Origin: Azolla caroliniana
Lineage: Eukaryota > Plantae > Polypodiophyta
NCBI GenBank assembly: GCA_043228905.1
Contig: JBHGNT010000017.1
Span: 19,024,694 to 19,088,693, forward strand
DNA length: 64,000 nt
Direction of reading: 5' to 3'
This document shows positions 37,860-53,500 of this stretch, in pieces. The notes under the pieces are model-generated. The model was not told the DNA's origin, did not search any database, and worked only from the letters and a program-made list of their open reading frames with translations. Within the stretch, counting starts at the first letter, position 1, and the number at the start of each line of letters is the position of its first letter. The translations under genes and the position numbers were made by a program.

Positions 37860-40800
37860 CTCGTGTGATATCGGATTTTAGTGTTCAAACATGAGTATCG
37901 AAGCTAACATAACTAGGTATGATATGGATTTAAAAAAGCAACATTTTGAAACTCAGGTCGAGAGACATGAAGAAATTAGCAAATTAGAGGAGGGAGTGGA
38001 GAAGAGCTTGTTTGGAAATAAAAATGTTCAGACCTGTATCGTGTGATATCGGATTTTTGTGTTCAAACATGCGAATCGAAGTTAACAACACTAGCTATTA
38101 TATAGAATTAAAAAATCGAGAATTTGAAATTCAGGTCGAAAGACATGAAGAAATTAGCAAATTTGAGGAGGGAGTTAAGAAGAGTGCGTGAGTAAATTGA
38201 AATGTTAATACCGGTCTCGTGTGATATCGGATTTTTGAGTTCAAACAGGCAAATCGAAGCTAACAACACTAGCTATTCTATGGAATTAAAAAATCGACAA
38301 TTTGAAACTAAGGTTGAGAGACATGAAGAAACTAGAAAATTTGAGGAGGGAGTTGAGAAGAGGGCGTGAGTAAATTCAAATGTTCATACCTGGCTCGTGC
38401 AATATCGGATTTTAGTGTTCAAACATGCGTATCGAAGCTAACAACACTAGCTATGATATGGATTTAAAAATTCAAGATTTTGAAACTTAGGTCGAGAGAC
38501 ACGAAGAGATTAGCAAATTTGAGGAGGGAGTTGAGAAGAGCGCGTGAGTAAATTCAAATGTTAATACCTGTCTCGTGTGATATCGGATTTTTGTGTTCAA
38601 ACATGCGAATCGAGGCTAATAAATCTAGCTATTATATGGAATTAAAAAATCAAGAATTTTAAACTCAGGTCGAGAGACATGAAGAAATTAGCAAATTTGA
38701 GGAGGGAGTTGAGAAGAGGGCGTGAGTAAATTCAAATGTTCATACCTGGCTCGTGTCATATCAGATTTTAGTGTTCAAACATGCGAATCGAAGCTAACAA
38801 CACTAGCTATGATATCAAATTAAAAAATCAAGAATTTCAAACTGAGGTCGAGAGATACGAAAAAATTAGCAAATTTGAGGAGGGAGTTGAGAAGAGGGTG
38901 TCAGTAAATTCAAATGTTCATACCTGGCTCGTGTGATATCAGATTTTAGTGTTCAAACATTCGAATCGAAGCTAACAACACTAGCTATGATATAAAATTA
39001 AAAAATCAAGAATTTGAAACTCAGGTCGAGAGACATGAAGAAATTAGAAAATTAGAGGAGGGAGTGGAGAAGAGCCTGTTAGGAAATAAAAATGTTTATA
39101 CCTGGATCGTGTGATATCGGATTTTAGTGTTCAAAATGCAAATCGAAGCTAACAACACTAGCTATGACATGGAATTAAAAATTCAAGATTTTGAAACTTA
39201 GGTCGAGAGACACGAAGAGATTAGCAAATTTGAGGAGGGAGTTGAGAAGAGCGCGTGAGTAAATTCAAATGTTAATATCTGTCTCGTGTGATATCGGATT
39301 TTTGTGTTCAAACATGCGAATCGAGGCTAATAAATCTAGCTATTATATGGAATTAAAAAATCAAGAATTTCAAACTCAGGTCGAGAGACATGAAGAAATT
39401 AGCAAATTTGAGGAGGGAGTTGAGAAGAGGGCGTGAGTAAATTCAAATGTTCATACCTGGCTCGTGTGATATCAGATTTTAGTGTTCAAACATGCGAATC
39501 GAAGCTAACAACACTAGCTATGATATCAAATTAAAAAATCAAGAATTTCAAACTGAGGTCGAGAGATACGAAAAAATTAGCAAATTTGAGGAGGGAGTTG
39601 AGAAGAGGGTGTCAGTAAATTCAAATGTTCATACCTGGCTCGTGTGATATCGGATTTTAGTGTTCAAACATGCGTATCGAAGCTAACATAACTAGGTATG
39701 ATATGGATTTAAAAAAGCAACATTTTAGAACTCAAGTCGAGAGACATGAAGAAATTAGCAAATTAGAGGAGGGAGTGGAGAAGAGCTTGTTTGGAAATAA
39801 AAATGTTCAGACCTGTATCGTGTGATATCGGATTTTTGTGTTCAAACATGCGAATCGAAGTTAACAACACTAGCTATTATATAGAATTAAAAAATCGAGA
39901 ATTTGAAACTCAGGTCGAAAGACATGAAGAAATTAGCAAATTTGAGGAGGGAGTTAAGAAGAGTGCGTGAGTAAATTGAAATGTTAATACCGGTCTCGTG
40001 TGATATCGGATTTTTGAGTTCAAACAGGCAAATCGAAGCTAACAACACTAGCTATTCTATGGAATTAAAAAATCGACAATTTGAAACTAAGGTTGAGAGA
40101 CATGAAGAAACTAGAAAATTTGAGGAGGGAGTTGAGAAGAGGGCGTGAGTAAATTCAAATGTTCATACCTGGCTCGTGCAATATCGGATTTTAGTGTTCA
40201 AACATGCGTATCGAAGCTAACAACACTAGCTATGATATGGATTTAAAAATTCAAGATTTTGAAACTTAGGTCGAGAGACACGAAGAGATTAGCAAATTTG
40301 AGGAGGGAGTTGAGAAGAGCTCGTGAGTAAATGGAAATGTTCATACTTGGCGCATGTGATATCGGATTTTTGTGTTCAAACATGCGAATCGAGGCTAATA
40401 AATCTAGCTATTATATGGAATTAAAAAATCAAGAATTTCAAACTCAGGTCGAGAGACATGAAGAAATTAGCAAATTTGAGGAGGGAGTTGAGAAGAGGGC
40501 GTGAGTAAATTCAAATGTTCATACCTGGCTCGTGTCATATCAGATTTTAGTGTTCAAACATGCGAATCGAAGCTAACAACACTAGCTATGATATCAAATT
40601 AAAAAATCAAGAATTTCAAACTGAGGTCGAGAGATACGAAAAAATTAGCAAATTTGAGGAGGGAGTTGAGAAGAGGGTGTCAGTAAATTCAAATGTTCAT
40701 ACCTGGCTCCTGTGATATCAGATTTTAGTGTTCAAACATTCGAATCGAAGCTAACAACACTAGCTATGATATAAAATTAAAAAATCAAGAATTTGAAACT

Positions 40801-41410
40801 CAGGTCGAGAGACATGAAGAAATTAGAAAATTAGAGGAGGGAGTGGAGAAGAGCCTGTTAGGAAATAAAAATGTTTATACCTGGATCGTGTGATATCGGA
40901 TTTTAGTGTTCAAAATGCAAATCGAAGCTAACAACACTAGCTATGACATGGAATTAAAAATTCAAGATTTTGAAACTTAGGTCGAGAGACACGAAGAGAT
41001 TAGCATATTTGAGGAGGGAGTTGAGAAGAGCGCGTGAGTAAATTCAAATGTTAATATCTGTCTCGTGTGATATCGGATTTTTGTGTTCAAACATGCGAAT
41101 CGAGGCTAATAAATCTAGCTATTATATGGAATTAAAAAATCAAGAATTTCAAACTCAGGTCGAGAAACATGAAGAAATTAGCAAATTTGAGGAGGGAGTT
41201 GAGAAGAGGGCGTGAGTAAATTCAAATATTCATACCTGGCTCGTGTCATATCAGATTTTAGTGTTCAAACATGCGAATCGAAGCTAACAACACTAGCTAT
41301 GATATCAAATTAAAAAATCAAGAATTTCAAACTGAGGTCGAGAGATACGAAAAAATTAGCAAATTTGAGGAGGGAGTTGAGAAGAGGGTGTCAGTAAATT
41401 CAAATGTTCA
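37860..41410 (+). repeat. Tandem duplication of a 10-monomer unit (about 1779 bp, two copies)
   Basis: The 1-bp deletion tcaaaatgca occurs at 39131 and 40910; ataactaggt occurs near 37909 and 39688. Confidence 0.8.
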
Positions 41411-44400
41411 TACCTGGCTCGTGTGATATCAGATTTTAGTGTTCAAACATTCGAATCGAAGCTAACAACACTAGCTATGATATGAAATTAAAAAATCAAG
41501 AATTTGAAACTCAGGTCGAGGGACATGAAGAAATTAGAAAATTAGAGGAGGGAGTGGAGAAGAGGCTGTTTGGAAATGAGAATGTTCATACATAGCTCAT
41601 GTGATATCGGATTTTAGTGTTCAAACATGGGAATCGAAGCTAACAACACTAGCTATGATATGTAATTAAAAAATCAAGAATTTGTAACTCAGGTCGAGAA
41701 GCATGAAGAAATTAGCAAATTTGAGGAGGGAGTTGAGAAGAGGGCGTGAGTAAATTCAAATGTTCATACCTGGCTCGTGTGATATCAGATTTTAGTGTTC
41801 AAACATGCGAATCGGAGCTAACAATGCTAGCTATGATATGGATTTTAAAAATCAAGATTTTTAAACTCAGGTCGAGAGACATGATGAATTTAGCAAATTT
41901 GAGGAGGGAGTTGAGAAGAGCTCGTGACTAAAGTGGAATGTTCATACCTGGCTCGTGTGATCCCGGATTGTCGTGTTCAAAGATGGGAATCGATGCTCAC
42001 AAACTAGCTATGATATGGAATTAAAAAATCTAGAATTTGAAGAAATTAGCAAATTTGAGGAGGTAGCGGAGAAGAGTTCGTTAAGAAATGAAAATGTTCA
42101 TACCTGGCTCGTGTGATATCGGATTTTAGTGTTGCAACATGCGAATCGAAGCTAACAACACTAGCTATGATATGGATTTTAAAAATCTAGATTTTTAAAC
42201 TCAGGTCGAGAGACATGAAGAAATTAGCAAATTATTGAGGGAGTGGAGAAGAGCCTGTTTGGAAATGAAAATGTTCATACCTGGATCGTGTGATATCGAA
42301 TTTTTGTGTTCAAACATGCGAATTGAAGCTAACAACACTAGCTATGATATGGAATTAAAAAATCATGATTTTGAAACTCAGGTCGAGAGACATGAAGAAA
42401 TTAGCAAATTTGAGGAGGGGGTTGAGAAGAGGGCATGAGTAAATTGAAATATTCATACCTGGCTCGTGTGATTCTGGATTTTAGTGTTCAAAGATGCGAA
42501 TCGAAGATCACAAACCTAGCTATGATATAGAATTAAAAAATCTAGAATTTGAAACTCAGGTCGAGAGACATGAAGAAATTAGCAAATTTGAGGAGGTAGT
42601 GGAGAAGAGTTCGTTAAGAAATGAAAATGTTCATACCTGGCTCATGTGATATCAGATTTTAGTGTTCAAACATGCGAATCGAAGCTAACAACACTAACTA
42701 TGCTATGGATTTAAAAAATCAAGATTTCGAAACTCAGGTCCCGAGACATGAAGAAATTAGCAAATTTGAGGAGGGAGTTGAGAAGAGCTCGTGAGTAAAT
42801 GGAAATGTTCATACTTGGCTCATGTGATCCCGGATTGTTGTGTTCAGAAATGCGAATCGAAGCTCACAACACTAGCTATGATATGAAATTAAAAAATCAA
42901 GAATATGAAACTAAGGTCGAGAGACATGAAGAAATTAGCAAATTAGAGGAGGGAGTGGAGAAGAGCCTGTTTAGAAATGAAAATGTTCAGACCAAGATCC
43001 TGTGATATCGGATTTTAGTGTTCAAACATGCAAATCGAAGCTAAGAACACTAGCTATTATATAGAATTAAAGAATCGAGAATTTGAAACTCAGGTCCAGA
43101 GACATGAAGAAATTAGCAAATTTGAGGAGGGAGTTGAGAAGAGGGCGTGAGTAAATTCAAATGTTCATACCTGGCTCGTGTAATATCGGATTTTAGTGTT
43201 CAAACATGCGAATCGAAGCTAATATCACTAGCTATGATATGGATTTAAAAAATCAAGAGTTTGAAACTCAGGTCGAGAGACATGAAGAAATTAGCAAAAT
43301 TGAGGAGGGAGTTGAGAAGAGCTCGTGCGTAAATTGAAATATTCATACCTGGCTCGTGTGATCCCGGATTGTTGTGTTCAAAGATGCAAATCGAAGCTCA
43401 CAACACTAGCTATGATATGGAATTAAAAAATCAAGAATTTGAAACTCAGGTCGAGAGACATGAAGAAATTAGCAAATTTGAGGAGGTAGTGGAGAAGAGC
43501 TCGTTAAGAAATGAAAATGTTGATACCTGGGTCATGTGATATCGGATTTTAGTGTTCAAACATGCGAATCGAAGCTAACAAGACTACCTATGATATGAAA
43601 TTAAAAAATGAAGAGTTTGAAACTCAGGTCGAGACATATGAAGAAATTAGCAAATTAGAGGAGGGAGTGGAGAAGAGCCTGTTTGGAAATGAAAATGTTC
43701 AGACCTGGATCGTGTGATATCGGATTTTTGTGTTCAAACATGCGAATCGAAGCTAACAAAACTAGCTTTTATATAGAATTAAAAAATCGAGAATTTGAAA
43801 CTCAGGTCGAGAGACATGAAGAAATTAGCAAATTTGAGGAGGGAGTTGAGAAGAGGGTGTCAGTAAATTCAAATGTTCATACCTGGCTCGTGTGATATCA
43901 GATTTTAGTGTTCAAACATTCGAATCGAAGCTAACAACACTAGCTATGATATGAAATTAAAAAATCAAGAATTTGAAACTCAGGTCGAGGGACACGAAGA
44001 AATTAGAAAATTAGAGGAGGGAGTGGAGAAGAGGCTGTTTGGAAATGAGAATGTTCATACATAGCTCATGTGATATCGGATTTTAATGTTCAAACATGGG
44101 AATCGAAGCTAACAACACTAGCTATGATATGTAATTAAAAAATCAAGAATTTGTAACTCAGGTCGAGAAGCATGAAGAAATTAGCAAATTTGAGGAGGGA
44201 GTTGAGAAGAGGGCGTGAGTAAATTCAAATGTTCATACCTGGCTCGTGTGATATCAGATTTTAGTGTTCAAACATGCGAATCGAAGCTAACAATGCTAGC
44301 TATGATATGGATTTTAAAAATCAAGATTTTTAAACTCAGGTCGAGAGACATGATGAATTTAGCAAATTTGAGGAGGGAGTTGAGAAGAGCTCGTGACTAA

Positions 44401-46325
44401 AGTGGAATGTTCATACCTGGCTCGTGTGATCCCGGATTGTCGTGTTCAAAGATGGGAATCGATGCTCACAACACTAGCTATGATATGGAATTAAAAAATC
44501 TAGAATTTGAAGAAATTAGCAAATTTGAGGAGGTAGCGGAGAAGAGTTCGTTAAGAAATGAAAATGTTCATACCTGGCTCGTGTGATATCGGATTTTAGT
44601 GTTGCAACATGCGAATCGAAGCTAACAACACTAGCTATGATATGGATTTTAAAAATCTAGATTTTTAAACTCAGGTCGAGAGACATGAAGAAATTAGCAA
44701 ATTATTGAGGGAGTGGAGAAGAGCCTGTTTGGAAATGAAAATGTTCATACCTGGATCGTGTGATATCGAATTTTTGTGTTCAAACATGCGAATTGAAGCT
44801 AACAACACTAGCTATGATATGGAATTAAAAAATCATGATTTTGAAACTCAGGTCGAGAGACATGAAGAAATTAGCAAATTTGAGGAGGGGGTTGAGAAGA
44901 GGGCATGAGTAAATTGAAATGTTCATACCTGGCTCGTGTGATTCTGGATTTTAGTGTTCAAAGATGCGAATCGAAGATCACAAACCTAGCTATGATATAG
45001 AATTAAAAAATCTAGAATTTGAAACTCAGGTCGAGAGACATGAAGAAATTAGCAAATTTGAGGAGGTAGTGGAGAAGAGTTCGTTAAGAAATGAAAATGT
45101 TCATACCTGGCTCATGTGATATCAGATTTTAGTGTTCAAACATGCGAATCGAAGCTAACAACACTAACTATGCTATGGATTTAAAAAATCAAGATTTCGA
45201 AACTCAGGTCCCGAGACATGAAGAAATTAGCAAATTTGAGGAGGGAGTTGAGAAGAGCTCGTGAGTAAATGGAAATGTTCATACTTGGCTCATGTGATCC
45301 TGGATTGTTGTGTTCAGAAATGCGAATCGAAGCTCACAACACTAGTTATGATATGAAATTAAAAAATCAAGAATATGAAACTAAGGTCGAGAGACATGAA
45401 GAAATTAGCAAATTAGAGGAGGGAGTGGAGAAGAGCCTGTTTGGAAATGAAAATGTTCAGACCAGGATCCTGTGATATCGGATTTTAGTGTTCAAACATG
45501 CAAATCGAAGCTAAGAACACTAGCTATTATATAGAATTAAAGAATCGAGAATTTGAAACTCAGGTCCAGAGACATGAAGAAATTAGCAAATTTGAGGAGG
45601 GAGTTGAGAAGAGGGCGTGAGTAAATTCAAATGTTCATACCTGGCTCGTGTAATATCGGATTTTAGTGTTCAAACATGCGAATCGAAGCTAATATCACTA
45701 GCTATGATATGGATTTAAAAAATCAAGAGTTTGAAACTCAGGTCGAGAGACATGAAGAAATTAGCAAAATTGAGGAGGGAGTTGAGAAGAGCTCGTGCGT
45801 AAATTGAAATATTCATACCTGGCTCGTGTGATCCCGGATTGTTGTGTTCAAAGATGCAAATCGAAGCTCACAACACTAGCTATGATATGGAATTAAAAAA
45901 TCAAGAATTTGAAACTCAGGTCGAGAGACATGAAGAAATTAGCAAATTTGAGGAGGTAGTGGAGAAGAGCTCGTTAAGAAATGAAAATGTTGATACCTGG
46001 GTCATGTGATATCGGATTTTAGTGTTCAAACATGCGAATCGAAGCTAACAAGACTACCTATGATATGAAATTAAAAAATGAAGAGTTTGAAACTCAGGTC
46101 GAGAGACATGAAGAAATTAGCAAATTAGAGGAGGGAGTGGAGAAGAGCCTGTTTGGAAATGAAAATGTTCAGACCTGGATCGTGTGATATCGGATTTTTG
46201 TGTTCAAACATGCGAATCGAAGCTAACAACACTAGCTTTTATATAGAATTAAAAAATCGAGAATTTGAAACTCAGGTCGAGAGACATGAAGAAATTAGCA
46301 AATTTGAGGAGGGAGTTGAGAAGAG
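41386..46325 (+). repeat. Tandem duplication of a 14-monomer unit (2469-2470 bp, two copies)
   Basis: Offsets 41746/44215, 42235/44705 and 42799/45269. 14x178 minus a 21-bp and a 1-bp deletion equals 2470. Confidence 0.9.
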
Positions 46326-49300
46326 GGCGTGAGTAAATTCAAATGTTCATACCTGGCTCGTGTGATATCGGATTTTAGTGTTCAAACATGCGTATCGAAG
46401 CTAACATAACTAGGTATGATATGGATTTAAAAAAGCAACATTTTAAAACTCAGGTCGAGAGACATGAAGAAATTAGCAAATTAGAGGAGGGAGTGGAGAA
46501 GAGCTTGTTTGGAAATAAAAATGTTCAGACCTGGATCCTGTGATATCGGATTTTTGTGTTCAAACATGCGAATCGAAGTTAACAACACTAGCTATTATAT
46601 AGAATTAAAAAATCGAGAATTTGAAACTCAGGTCGAAAGACATGAAGAAATTAGCAAATTCGAGGAGTGAGTTAAGAAGAGCGCGTGAGTAAATTGAAAT
46701 GTTAATACCGGTCTCGTGTGATATCGGATTTTTGAGTTCAAATAGGCAAATCGAAGCTAACAACACTAGCTATTCTATGGAATTAAAAAATTGACAATTT
46801 GAAACTAAGGTGGAGAGACATGAAGAAATTAGCAAATTTGAGGAGGGAGTTGAGAAGAGGGTGTGAGTAAATTCAAATGTTCATACCTGGCTCGTGTAAT
46901 ATCGGATTTTAGTGTTCAAACATGCGAATCGAAGCTAACAACACTAGCTATGATATGGATTTAAAAATTCAAGATTTTGAAACTTAGGTCGAGAGACACG
47001 AAGAGATTAGCAAATTTGAGGAGGGAGTTGAGAAGAGCGCGTGAGTAAATTCAAATGTTAATACCTGTCTCCTGTGATATCGGATTTTTGTGTTCAAACA
47101 TGCGAATCGAGGCTAATAAATCTAGCTATTATATGGAATTAAAAAATCAAGAATTTCAAACTCAGGTCGAGAGACATGAAGAAATTAGCAAATTTGAGGA
47201 GGGAGTTGAGAAGAGGGCGTGAGTAAATTCAAATGTTCATACCTGGCTCGTGTGATATCAGATTTTAGTGTTCAAACATGCGAATCGAAGCTAACAACAC
47301 TAGCTATGATATCAAATTTAAAAATCAAGAATTTCAAACTGAGGTCGAGAGATACGAAAAAATTAGCAAATTTGAGGAGGGAGTTGAGAAGAGGGTGTCA
47401 GTAAATTCAAATGTTCATACCTGGCTCGTGTGATATCAGATTTTAGTGTTCAAACATTCGAATCGAAGCTAACAACACTAGCTATGATATGAAATTAAAA
47501 AATCAAGAATTTGAAACTCAGGTGGAGAGACATGAAGAAATCAACAAATTAGAGGAGGGAGTGGAGAAGAGCCTGTTAGGAAATAAAAATGTTCATACCT
47601 GGATCGTGTGATATCGGATTTTAGTGTTCAAACATGCAAATCGAAGCTAACAACACTAGCTATGACATGGAATTAAAAATTCAAGATTTTGAAACTTAGG
47701 TCAAGAGACACGAAGAAATTAGCAAATTTGAGGAGGGAGTTGAGAAGAGCGCGTGAGTAAATTCAAATGTTAATACCTGTCTCGTGTGATATCGGATCTT
47801 TGTGTTCAAACATGCGAATCGACGCTAACAACACTAGCTATTCTATCGAATTAAAAAATTGACAATTTGAAACTCAGATCGAGAGACATGAAGAAATTAG
47901 CAAATTTGAGGAGGAAGTTGAGAATAGGGCGTGAGTAAATTCAAATGTTCATACCTGGCTCGTGTTATATCGGATTTTAGTGTTCAAACATGCGAATCGA
48001 AGCTAACAACACTAGCTATGATATGGATTTAAAAATTCAAGATTTTGAAACTTAGGTCGAGAGACATGAAGAGATTAGCAAATTTGAGGAGGGAGTTGAG
48101 AAGAGAGCGTGAGTAAATTCAAATGTTCATACCTGGCTCGTGTCATATCAGATTTTAGTGTTCAGACATGCGAATCGAAGCTAACAACACTAGCTATGAT
48201 ATCAAATTAAAAAATCAAGAATTTAAACTCAAGTCGAGAGACATGAAGATATTAGCAAATTAGAGAAGGGAGTGGAGAAGAGCAGGTTTGGAAATGAAAA
48301 TGTTCATACCTGGATCGCGTGACATCGGATTTTTGTGTTGAAACATGCCAATCGAAGCTAACAATACTAGCTATGATATGGAATTAAAAAACTCAAGAAT
48401 TCGAAACTTAAGAAATCAAAATGTTCATACCTGGAGAAGAGCCTGTTAGGAAATCAAAATGTTCATACCTGGATCGTGTGATATCGGATTTTAGTGTTCA
48501 AACATGCAACTCGAAGCTAACAACACTAGCTATGATATGGAATTAAAAATTCAAGATTTTGAATCTTAGGTTGAGAGACATGAAGAAATTAGCAAATTTG
48601 AGGGGGGAGTTGAGAAGAGCGCGTGAGTAAATTGAAATGTTAATACCTGTCTCATGTGATATCGGTTTTTGTGTTCAAACATGCGAATCGAAGCTAACAA
48701 CACTAGCTTTTTTATGGAATTAAAAAATCGAGAATTTGAAACTCAGGTCGAGAGACATGAAGAAATTAACAAATTAGAGGAGGGAGTGGAGAAGAGCCTC
48801 TTAGGAAATCAAAATGTTCATACCTGGATCGTGTGATATCGGATTTTAGTGTTCAAACATGCAAATCGAAGCTAACAACACTAACTATGATATATAGAAT
48901 TAAAAATTCAAGATTTTGAAACTTAGGTCAAGAGACACGAAGAAATTAGCAAATTTGAGGAGGGAGTTGAGAAGAGCGCGTGAGTAAATTCAAATGTTAA
49001 TACCTGCCTCGTGTGATATCGGATTTTTGTGTTCAAACATGCGAATCGACGCTAAGAACACTAGCTATTATATGGAATTAAAAAATCAAGAATTTGAAAC
49101 TCAGGTCGACAAACATGAAGAAATTAACAAATTTGAGGAGGGAGTTGAGAAGAGAGCGTGAGTAAATTCAAATGTTCACACTTGGATCAGTTTATATCGG
49201 ATTTTAGTGTTCAAACATGTGAATCGAAGCAAACAACACTAGCCATGATATAGGTTCAGAAAATCAAGATTTCGAATCTCAGGTCGAGAGACATGAAGAC

Positions 49301-50579
49301 ATTAGCAAATTTGAGGAGGGAGTTGAGAAGAGAGCGTCACTAAATTGAAATGTTCACATCTGGCTCGTGTTATATCGGATTTTAGTGTTGAAACATGCGA
49401 ATCGAACTTAACAACACTAGCTATGATATGGATATAAAAAATCAAGATTTTGAAACTTAGGTCGAGAGACATGAAGAAATTAGCAAATTTGAGGGGGGAG
49501 TTGAGAAGAGCGCGTGAGTAAATTGAAATGTTAATACCTCTCTCTTGTGATATCGGATTTTTGTGTTCAAACATGCGAATCGAAGCTAACAATACTAGCT
49601 ATTATATGGAATTAAAAAATCTAGAATTTGAAACTCAGATCGAGAGACATGAAGAAATTAGCAAATTTGAGGAGGGAGTTGAGAAGAGGGCGTGAGTAAA
49701 TTCAAATGTTCATACCTGGCTCGTGTGATATCGGATTTTAGTGTTCAAACATGCGAATCGAAGCTAACATCACTAGCTATGATATGGATTTAAAAAATCA
49801 AGATTTTGAAACTCAGGTCAAGAGACATGAAGAAATTAGCAAAATTGAGGAGGGAGTTGAGAAGAGAGCGTGAGTAAATTCAAATGTTCACACCTGGCTC
49901 GTGTTATATTGGATTTTAGTGTTCAAACATGTGAATCGAAGCTAACAACACTAGCCATGATATGGATTTAGAAAATCAAGATTTTGAATCTTAGGTCGAG
50001 AGACATGAAGAAATTAGCAAATTTGACGGGGGAGTTGAGAAGATCGCGTGAGTAAATTGAAATGTTAATACCTGTCTCATGTGATATCGGATTTTTGTGT
50101 TCAAACATGCGAATCGAAGCTAACAACACTAGCTTTTTTATGGAATTAAAAAATCGAGAATTTGAAACTCAGGTCGAGAGACATGAAGAAATTAGCAAAT
50201 TTGAGGAGGGAGTCGAGAAGAGCTTGTTTGGAAATAAAAATGTTCAGACCTGGATCGTGTGATATCGGATTTTTGTGTTCAAACATGCGAATCGAAGTTA
50301 ACAACACTAGCTATTATATAGAATTAAATAATCGAGAATTTGAAACTCAGGTCCAGAGACATGAAGAAATTAGCAAATTTGAGGAGGGAGTTCAGAAGAG
50401 CACGTGAGTAAATTGAAATGTTAATACCGGTCTCGTGTGATATCGGATTTTTGAGTTCAAACAGGTAAATCGAAGCTAACAACACTAGCTATTTTATGGA
50501 ATTAAAAAATCGAGAATTTGAAACTCAGGTTGAGAGACATGAAGAAATTAGCAAATTAGAGGAGGGAGTGGAGAAGAGC
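43855..50579 (+). repeat. About 6.7-kb block, copy 2 (copy 1 at 8539-15261)
   Basis: Same monomer order and landmarks as 8539-15261. A 2-bp TA gain near 48891 explains the offset change. Confidence 0.9.
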
Positions 50580-53500
50580 CTGTTAGGAAATCAAAATGTT
50601 CATACCTAGATCGTGTGATATCGGAGTTTAGTGTTCAAACATGCAAATCGAAGCTAACAACACTAGCTATGATATGGATTTAAAAATTCAAGATTTTGAA
50701 ACTTAGGTCGAGAGACACGAAGAGATTAGCAAATTTGAGGAGGGAGTGGAGAAGAGCCTGTTTGGATCGTGTGATATCGGATTTTTGTGTTCAAACATGC
50801 GAATCGAGGCTAATAAATCTAGCTATTATATGGAATTAAAAAATCAAGAATTTCAAACTCAGGTCAAGAGACATGAAGAAATTAGCAAATTTGAGGAGGG
50901 AGTTGAGAAGAGGGCGTGAGTAAATTCAAATGTTCATACCTGGCTCGTGTCAAATCAGATTTTAGTTTTGAAACATGCGAATCGAAGGTAACAACACTAG
51001 TTATGATATCAAATTAAAAAATCAAGAATTTCAAACTGAGGTCGAGAGATACGAAAAAATTAGCAAATTTGAAGAGGGAGTTGAGAAGAGGGTGTCAGTA
51101 AATTCAAATGTTCATACCTGGCTCGTGTGATATCAGATTTTAGTGTTCAAACATTCGAATCGAAGCTAACAACACTAGCTATGATATGAAATTAAAAAAT
51201 CAAGAATTTGAAACTCAGGTCGAGAGACATGAAGAAATCAGCAAATTAGAGGAGGGAGTGGAGAAGAGCCTGTTAGGAAATCAAAATGTTCATACCTGGA
51301 TCGTGTGATATCGGATTTTAGTGTTCAAACATGCAAATCGAAGCTAACAACACTAGCTATGACATGGAATTAAAAATTCAAGATTTTGAAACTTAGGTCA
51401 AGAGACAAGAAGAAATTAGCAAATTTCAGGAGGGCGTTGAGAAGAGCGCGTGAGTAAATTCAAATGTTCATACCTGGCTCGTGTCATATCAGATTTTAGT
51501 GTTCAAACATGCGAATCGACGCTAACAACACTAGCTATTATATGGAATTAAAAAATCGACTATTTGAAACTTAGGTCGAGAGACATGAAGAAATTAACAA
51601 ATTTGAGGAGGGAGTTGAGAAGAGAGCGTGAGTAAATTCAAATGTTCACACTTGGATCAGGTTATATCGGATTTTAGTGTTCAAACATGTGAATCGAAGC
51701 TAACAACACTAGCTATTATATGGATTTAAAAAATCAAGATTTTGAAACTTAGGTCGAGAGACATGAAGAAATTAGCAAATTTGAGGGGAGAGTTTAGAAG
51801 AGCGCGTGAGTAAATTGAAATGTTAATACCTGTCTCGTGTGATATCGAATTTTTGTGTTCAAACATGCGAATCGAGGCTAACAATACTAGCTATTATATG
51901 GAAATAAAAAATCAAGAAATTAACAAATTTGAGGAGGGAGTTGAGAAGAGAGCGTGACTAAATTCAAATGTTCACACCTGGCTCGTGTTATATCGGATTT
52001 TAGTGTTCAAACATGTGAATCGAAGCTAACAACGCTAGCCATGATATGGATTTAGAAAATCAAGATTTTGAATCTTAGGTCGAGAGACATGAAGAAATTA
52101 GCAAATTTGAGGGGGGAGTTGAGAAGAGCGCGTGAGTAAATTGAAATGTTATTACCTGGCACGTGTCAAATCAGATTTTCGTTTTGAAACATGCGAATCA
52201 AAGCTAACATCACTAGCTATGATATCAAATTATAAAATCAAGAATTTCAAACTGAGGTCAAGAGATACGAAAAAATTAGCAAATTTGAAGAGGGAGTTGA
52301 GAAGAGGGTGTCAGTAAATTCAAATATTCATACCTGGCTCGTGTGATATCAGATTTTAGTGTTCAAACATTCGAATCGAAGCTAACAACACTAGCTATGA
52401 TATGAAATTAAAAAATCAAGAATTTGAAACTCAGGTCGAGAGACATGAAGAAATCAGCAAATTAGAGGAGGGAGTGGAGAAGAGCCTGTTAGGAAATCAA
52501 AATGTTCATACCTGGATCGTGTGATATCGGATTTCTGTGTTCAAACATGCAAATCGAAGCTAACAACACTAGCTATGACATGGAATTAAAAATTCAAGAT
52601 TTTGAAACTTAGGTCGAGAGACACGAAGAAATTAGCAAATTTCAGGAGGGCGTTGAGTAGAGAGCGTGAGTAAATTCAAACGTTCACACCTGGCTCGTGT
52701 TATATCGGATTTTGGTGTTCAAACATGTGAATCGAAGCTAACAACACTAGCCATGATATGGATTTAGAAAATCAAGATTTTGAATCTTAGGTCGAGAGAC
52801 ATGAAGAAATTAGCAAATTTGAGGAGGGAGTTGAGAAGATCGCGTGAGTAAATTGAAATGTTAATACCTGTCTCGTGTGATATCGGATTTTCGTGTTCAA
52901 ACATGCGAATCGAATCGAGAAGTTGAAACTCAGGTCGAGAGACATGAAGAAATTAGCAAAATTGAGGAGGTAGTGGAGAAGAGCTCGTTCAGAAATGAAA
53001 ATGTTGATACCTGGGTCATGTGATATCGGATTTTAGTGTTCAAACATGCGAATCGAAGCTAACAAGACTAGCTATGATATGAAAACTAAAAAATGAAGAG
53101 TTTGAAACTCAGGTCGAGAGAAATGAAGAAATTAGCAAATTAGAGGAGGGAGTGGAGAAGAGCCTGTTTGGAAATGAAAATGTTCAGACCTGGATCGTGT
53201 GATATCGGAGTTTTGTGTTCAAACATGCGAATCGAAGCTAACAACACTAGCGTTTATATAGAATTAAAAAATCGAGAATTTGAAACTCAGGTCGAGAGAC
53301 ATGAAGAAATTAGCAAATTTGAGGAGGGAGTTGAGAAGAGGGCGTGAGTAAATTCAAATGTTCACACCTGGCTCGTGTTATATCGGATTTTAGTGTTCAA
53401 ACATGTGAATCGAAGCTAACATAACTAGGTATGATATGGATTTAAAAAAGCAACATTTTGAAACTCAGGTCGAGAGACATGAAGAAATTAGCAAATTTGA

